From Desulfosarcina sp. (GTDB lineage: Bacteria; Desulfobacterota; Desulfobacteria; Desulfobacterales; JAFDCJ01), in NCBI GenBank assembly GCA_029288035.1, contig JARFPZ010000064.1, positions 1-46,853 of the forward strand: DNA of 46,853 nucleotides, given 5' to 3'. The notes beneath the pieces are model-generated. The model did not search any database and was not told the origin of the DNA. It saw only the letters and a list, made by a program, of their open reading frames with translations. The position numbers and the translations under genes were made by a program. Of this stretch, positions 42,138 through 46,853 are shown piece by piece (the first letter of the stretch is position 1; each line of letters starts with the position of its first letter).

Positions 42138-42246
42138 GGGGTAACGGGTTACGGGTTGCAGGTTTTGGGTTAGAGAATGGTTGAATCTTTTCGATTCAAT
42201 ATTCAATTCCGGCATGGCACTCGCGTCCGTAAATACCTGAACCAAT

Positions 42247-42310
42247 GTCATTCTGGCAAACGCCAGAATCCAGGAAAACAGACTGGATGCCGGATCAAGT
42301 CCGGAATGGC
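42247..42310. repeat. REP-like palindromic element (GTCATT...GAATCCAG/CTGGAT...TCCGG type)
   Basis: GTCATTCTGGCAAACGCCAGAATCCAG...CTGGATGCCGGATCAAGTCCGGAATGGC between regulator and kinase genes. Confidence 0.6.
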
Positions 42311-42357
42311 GACTGTTTCCTATTTCATTGCCCCTTTAATATCTGGCGAAATTCAAT

Positions 42358-44301
42358 ATGAAAAAACTTAAACTTTTAATACTGATCTTTTCGCTGGCGC
42401 TTTGTATACCGCTTGCCTTTTTTGTTTTTAAAACCTACCGCGGGCTGGAGCGGGAAGAAGCAGCTACCTTGCGATATTTCGCAGAAACCCTTTTTGACGA
42501 GATGGAACAGGCATTAGCGGTGTTGGTGCAAACGGAAGAAGGCCGCGCCATCGATGAATTTAATTTTCAGGTATTACCTTCCGGCGGGCGACGAGGTGTC
42601 GATGAGCCGCAGCGGTCTCCTTTGTCCCAAATACCCCGGGAAAACTATATACGCGGATATTTTCAGAATAATCCCGACGGTTCGTTTCAAACCCCCCTGG
42701 TGGAGACCGGCGGGCAAATACCCCCCGAGCACGCCGAGCTCATATCAGAGCTGAAAGATGCCAACGAGATCTTTAACCGTAAGCGGGTGACGGTGACAGA
42801 TAGATTTAAATCTAGACAGGCTGAAATAATCGCCGAAAAAGAGGGTAAACAAGTACGCGGATTGGCCGACAGATATCTGGATTTATCGCGGGCCCAGCGC
42901 TCAAAAATTTATCTGGGGCAAACAGAGAAGCGACTCGAAAAGATAACCGTCGGTCAGGCGGCCAATATTGCCAAACCGGCGTCACCGCAAGTGATGAGGA
43001 GCAGCGTTCCCCTTGCCGGCAAACCCAAAGATCGTAAGGATGTTCCTAGTATGGCCGAAGGTAGGGTGGGGGATAAAACGCTGAGCTTTAAAAAGCGCCG
43101 ATTTGAAGAATCCTTTGTAGCGGAATCGGTAGATGCCGGTCAACCGACAGCCGAGGCAGACACCGATGACGCGACCGGGTTTCAGGTGGAGGTGGCGCCC
43201 TTGCGTGCTGTCTTTTTAAACGATGGACAGATCTTTATCTTCCGACGGATTATGATAGAGAGCCAGATATATCGCCAGGGGTTTCTCCTGGGAGTGGACG
43301 CTTTTTTAGGCTATCTTACCCGGACCTATTTCCTGACGCAGCCCTTATCTCAATTTACCGCACTAAGGCTTAGTGTGGTAGATCAGGAGCGCGAAGCCAA
43401 GGTGGTGCAAGTCGGAGAGATTTCCCAGAATCCCGATTTTATTCTCAACCGCGGTTTTCCCTCTCCGTTTAGTTTTCTAAAAGCCTCGTTAACTTGCGAT
43501 CGGATTCCGCGGTCCGATGGCCGCCAAACGTTGTCCATCATGCTGATCGTTCTGGCGCTGATCGTTTTGATGGGGTTGTTTGCCATTTACCGCAGTGTGC
43601 GGACCATTGTCGAGCTTTCCGATCGACGCTCCCAATTTGTTTCTTCCGTTACCCACGAATTGAAGACCCCGCTGACCAATATCCGGATGTATATCGAAAT
43701 GCTGGAGCAGGGCATTGCTGCAAACCCGGAACGCGAACAGGAATATTTTCGTATTCTGGACTCGGAAGGTGTGCGCCTGTCCCGACTCATCAACAATGTG
43801 CTGGAAATGTCAAAACTGGAAAAAAGCCAGCGGCACATCAACCTGCAGACGGGCACTTTTGAAGAGGTAATTGCCGAAACCCAGGCGGTCATGTCCGAAA
43901 AGCTTAAGCAGGAAGGCTTTATCCTAACCGTGAGGCCGGGTCGGCTGCGGCCTTTTAAATATGACCGCGAAGTGATGATACAGGTATTGATCAACCTGAT
44001 TGAAAACAGCATCAAGTTCGGTAGGAGCGCTTCTGATCGCAAGATCGGTATCCAAACTGTGCAGGAGCCGAAAGAGGTGAAAATCATGGTGTCCGACACC
44101 GGACCCGGTATCCCGCGCCATGCCCTGAAAAAAGTATTCCATGATTTTTACCGGGTAGACAATTCCCTTACTCGCACCACCCGCGGCACCGGCATCGGTC
44201 TGGCCCTGGTAAAAAAATTCATCCACCTGATGGGCGGCACTGTAACTGCGTCTGACAATGACGGTCCCGGTTGCACCATTACCATTCGCCTGCCGGCCTG
44301 A
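42358..44301 (+). CDS. Membrane sensor histidine kinase with large periplasmic domain
   Basis: Two TM helices, H-box SVTHELKTPL, N-box NLIENSIKF, DTGPGI, GTGIGL. Confidence 0.95.
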   Translation: MKKLKLLILIFSLALCIPLAFFVFKTYRGLEREEAATLRYFAETLFDEMEQALAVLVQTEEGRAIDEFNFQVLPSGGRRGVDEPQRSPLSQIPRENYIRGYFQNNPDGSFQTPLVETGGQIPPEHAELISELKDANEIFNRKRVTVTDRFKSRQAEIIAEKEGKQVRGLADRYLDLSRAQRSKIYLGQTEKRLEKITVGQAANIAKPASPQVMRSSVPLAGKPKDRKDVPSMAEGRVGDKTLSFKKRRFEESFVAESVDAGQPTAEADTDDATGFQVEVAPLRAVFLNDGQIFIFRRIMIESQIYRQGFLLGVDAFLGYLTRTYFLTQPLSQFTALRLSVVDQEREAKVVQVGEISQNPDFILNRGFPSPFSFLKASLTCDRIPRSDGRQTLSIMLIVLALIVLMGLFAIYRSVRTIVELSDRRSQFVSSVTHELKTPLTNIRMYIEMLEQGIAANPEREQEYFRILDSEGVRLSRLINNVLEMSKLEKSQRHINLQTGTFEEVIAETQAVMSEKLKQEGFILTVRPGRLRPFKYDREVMIQVLINLIENSIKFGRSASDRKIGIQTVQEPKEVKIMVSDTGPGIPRHALKKVFHDFYRVDNSLTRTTRGTGIGLALVKKFIHLMGGTVTASDNDGPGCTITIRLPA

Positions 44302-44535
44302 ATCCTCTCCCTTGCTGAAAAAATCACTGGTCCATTTCGGTGAAAATTTGATCGAATTATCGTTGTTTTTATTATTCCGCCCTTCTTCAAGACCGACCAT
44401 ATGAGTCAATTGATAACAGGTAGCTGAAAACGGCCCGCATGATGAAAAGGATCCTTGACTCCGAATCGGGGGAAAGGCAGGTAATTTGCTACCGTCCATA
44501 TCTGGTATATATTTAAGTAGTTGCCGGTTATCCAT
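44302..44535 (-). pseudogene. Fragment of a papain-like (C1A) cysteine peptidase
   Basis: FPPIRSQGSFSSCGPFSATCYQLTH...FSPKW catalytic-Cys region; similarity ends near the kinase stop codon. Confidence 0.6.
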
Positions 44536-44757
44536 ACCAGATTGGCGATTTATTTTTTCTAAATTATTTCGCTATATTGATTTTTAAATGCAGCTAAAAG
44601 TCGATGAATATTAGTTTGGGAAGGAGCTCTACTCAGAGCAGGATCCCGCATGAGATCAATAATCGTAAGAGAGGACAATCAACGCTGAGTTTCTAAGAAT
44701 ATGGAAAGTTCAGATAATCAGGAATAAAAAATTCTCTGACTGAACTATACAATTTGG

Positions 44758-44928
44758 TTAGTTCTTCTTTAACTTATTTCTGCCGATATTCGCGAGTCCA
44801 ATAAGAATTAAACCGCTTAAAATTAAGGAAACAGGTTCTGAGATTAAGTTTAAGACTTTACTTCCAAGAAACCAAGGCGCAGCAATAATTATTGGTGGTA
44901 TTATCGATATCAATATTGGCTTTATCAT
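44758..44928 (-). CDS. 56-aa micro PEP-CTERM-like protein (not in the ORF track)
   Basis: MIKPILISIIPPIIIAAPWFLGSKVLNLISEPVSLILSGLILIGLANIGRNKLKKN: xEP motif, TM helix and basic tail; GGGGG RBS. Confidence 0.65.
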   Translation of the reverse strand: MIKPILISIIPPIIIAAPWFLGSKVLNLISEPVSLILSGLILIGLANIGRNKLKKN

Positions 44929-45130
44929 TTTTTCCCCCTAAGAAAAATTCTTAAAAAATGGTACAGCCATAAAACCCATAAATCTCCTTTTTGCAGTGTT
45001 AACCAAGATTGAAAGCATTCAGGTTACAGGCAACGAGAGACGGCCACTTAGGTATTATGCGCACGAACGGGCAAATATTAACTCGGATCGGAGCTAAGAA
45101 AAAAGTTAAATGCCTTCGCTTAGACGTACA

Positions 45131-45145
45131 GCAAAAATCCTGCCA
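45131..45145 (-). promoter_or_regulatory. Sigma54 -24/-12 promoter
   Basis: TGGCAGGATTTTTGC on the minus strand, upstream of the micro PEP-CTERM-like ORF. Confidence 0.75.
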
Positions 45146-45229
45146 AATTATTCCGCCTTATCAGATTTTAATATTTTGTTAATAAATCGAATAGATATAA
45201 AAATTTGAAAGTCGCGGTCTTTCGTAGAT

Positions 45230-45287
45230 ATGAAATGTTTTACATAGAAATTATGAAAAATTTTTCATAGCATGAAATGTTTTCAAA
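45230..45287. promoter_or_regulatory. Three tandem dyad sites, candidate enhancer (UAS) for a sigma54 activator
   Basis: ATGAAATGTTTTACAT, perfect palindrome ATGAAAAATTTTTCAT (45253-45268) and ATGAAATGTTTTCAAA, 85-140 bp upstream of the sigma54 site. Confidence 0.6.
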
Positions 45288-45361
45288 ATAATGTGACATC
45301 GTTTTTTTGATAAAGTTAGGAACAAATGATGATCATAATAATGATCGTGTCACCAAATGGA

Positions 45362-45841
45362 CTAATTTTTGGTCAGATTGTTATCTAAAATCTTAACCTG
45401 CAATTTCTGGCGACCGAATCGACGTGCTTTGTGGTATTCATCCTTTTCCATGGCAATATCTACCCGGTTACGGTAACGTCTATTCATTCGGTCCGTAACC
45501 AAACACACGCCAATTTTATCCACATATAAATGTGAGCCTAATGGGACAAAGTTGGCTGCACATCGCACTTCACCTTTGGCCAGGGCGCTACAAATATCTT
45601 CTCCATTTGCGGCGATGCAGGGGGTATCGTCTGTTTGGCGAGGGTCTCCGACATTGTAAGCAGTTACAACACGAATTGTTTCACTTTTCACTGTGTATTT
45701 CTGATTTTTATGGAGCAGCAATGGCGACATCATTGAGTCTGCATATGAGATGCCGATAGCTGAAAAAATTATGAATAAAGTAAAAAGACATTTTACAAAT
45801 GCAGGTGGTATTATGCTTTTGATTTTTTCTTTTGACCTCAT
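45362..45841 (-). CDS. 3D (Asp-Asp-Asp) domain protein, MltA-like putative peptidoglycan lytic enzyme
   Basis: N-terminal anchor, VTAYN...QTDDTPCIAANG...AANFVPLG...VTDRM...RVDIAM...FGRQ; GGGAGG RBS. Confidence 0.88.
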   Translation of the reverse strand: MRSKEKIKSIIPPAFVKCLFTLFIIFSAIGISYADSMMSPLLLHKNQKYTVKSETIRVVTAYNVGDPRQTDDTPCIAANGEDICSALAKGEVRCAANFVPLGSHLYVDKIGVCLVTDRMNRRYRNRVDIAMEKDEYHKARRFGRQKLQVKILDNNLTKN

Positions 45842-45938
45842 TACTTTCCTCCCTTTCTTTGCGATATCTTAACATCTCTTGCTAGTTTTACTGCTCCTCG
45901 AAAACGTAAGAAGCTTGATAAGGTAGTCATTCACAATG

Positions 45939-45953
45939 GCAAATCGCGTGCCA
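45939..45953 (-). promoter_or_regulatory. Sigma54 -24/-12 promoter
   Basis: TGGCACGCGATTTGC, near-consensus, about 100 nt upstream of the 3D gene. Confidence 0.8.
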
Positions 45954-46360
45954 AAAATTAAAAATTAAAATAAACCAATAAATATAGATAGATACGAGAT
46001 TAGTAGTAATAACTACTTGTCGCGGATTATGAAAGAAATTGGATAGAATGGTGAAGAAAAGTTCTCATCGAACGGGTTGGATACCCACGGAGATAACAGG
46101 ACCTGAAGTAGCTAAACAGATTCAACTTTGCTTGTTCTGGCTTGTAAACAAATGAAGTAAAAAACTTGACGATAGTCACCATCACCAGTTCATAATTCTC
46201 ATTTGCAGCTAGTTTAAAACCTACTGTAGAGTCTATGCCTTAAAGTGTGAATAAATACTCATAAAATCCGGAAACTCACTTCCGTATTTCGACAAAATCC
46301 TCACTCGAAAAAATTCTCTAACCAATCGTAATTAATGATAATTATGGATATTATGATTTT

Positions 46361-46375
46361 TGGCACAAACATTGT
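46361..46375 (+). promoter_or_regulatory. Sigma54-like promoter (GT at -12)
   Basis: TGGCACAAACATTGT; dyad GTGAATAAATACTCAT lies about 100 bp upstream. Confidence 0.45.
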
Positions 46376-46467
46376 AAAACGTGAAACAAGATTTGGCATA
46401 TTCTTAATGCTTATGACTACCTATTGAACACTACTCGTATCGGTGGACTAATTTATGGAGGCGGGGT

Positions 46468-46602
46468 GTGGATAACGAAGAAAGGCTTGCTCTTGCGGAA
46501 AAGGTTCAAAAAAGTATTCAGAAGAGAACGTTCAATTACCGGCTAGTACAGAGGAGAGAAAAGATTGAAAAAGAATTCGAAAAAAAACTTCAAAGTAAAT
46601 GA
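46468..46602 (+). CDS. 44-aa charged helical microprotein, or 5' part of a frameshifted gene
   Basis: GGAGG RBS, GTG start, MDNEERLALAEKVQKSIQKRTFNYRLVQRREKIEKEFEKKLQSK. Confidence 0.45.
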   Translation: MDNEERLALAEKVQKSIQKRTFNYRLVQRREKIEKEFEKKLQSK

Positions 46603-46853
46603 AGCATGTCCGTCAAGCGTCGGTCAGGCAGTTCAATATCTTTTATATCATTTGCCATTTAGAGACAAAGTAGAAGTTGCTATCAAATCAGAGTGTGAAT
46701 TACCGCAGCTACAGACTTCACTCGGCAACTATATTCAACATGAGTTTGGGCTTGATGGAAACATGAGTCTAATTGAATCCTGTCTGCCACATTCTCACAA
46801 CGGGGCCATTGATTCGGAAGATGCTTCCCAAATAATTATCAAGGAATTTTGGA
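46565..46853 (+). CDS. DUF6794-like domain protein (runs off the window end)
   Basis: PSSVGQAVQYLLYHLPFRDK...LGNYIQHEFGL..N.SLIESC...DASQIIIKEFW; TTG start with GAGGAG RBS. Family recognised from memory. Confidence 0.55.
   Translation, partial: MKKNSKKNFKVNEACPSSVGQAVQYLLYHLPFRDKVEVAIKSECELPQLQTSLGNYIQHEFGLDGNMSLIESCLPHSHNGAIDSEDASQIIIKEFW

Noticed and set aside
43924-44535. 203-aa minus-strand ORF as a full gene
   Set aside because: Only the first ~75 codons look like a peptidase; the remainder is antisense to the kinase.

Overview
A 46.9-kb bacterial chromosomal accessory region. Gene content, abundant sigma54 promoters and intergenic repeat families suggest a Desulfobacterota (Desulfobacterales-like) anaerobe; this is inference only. 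Transport and metabolism: two carbohydrate (CUT1) ABC importers (one YcjNOPV-like), a TctCBA transporter, two UroD/MtaA-family proteins, an AT-rich monomeric isocitrate dehydrogenase, an iron-sulfur flavoprotein, a D-threonine-aldolase-like enzyme plus fatty acid hydroxylase, an aryl-sulfate sulfotransferase, an IorAB-like Mo-hydroxylase and an atypical rubredoxin. RNA/nucleotide genes: orphan khpA, rtcA, an RlaP-like Pol-beta nucleotidyltransferase and a SLOG protein. Most notable: (1) a secreted vWA + PspA/IM30 + membrane-protein operon divergent from its own OmpR-type two-component system, a candidate uncharacterised envelope-stress/ESCRT-III module; (2) a single in-frame TAG in an otherwise intact ABC permease; (3) several sigma54 promoters with a shared TGA-N8-TCA upstream dyad in front of small orphan genes, including a 56-aa micro PEP-CTERM-like protein and a tandem CxH/CxxC protein; (4) a stand-alone Cle-type arginine-rich putative c-di-GMP-binding microprotein; (5) RAYT/REP-derived miniature elements with tandem-repeat flanks, and several internally deleted or truncated genes. 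No rRNA, tRNA or CRISPR array was seen. All family calls come from motif recognition, not database searches.
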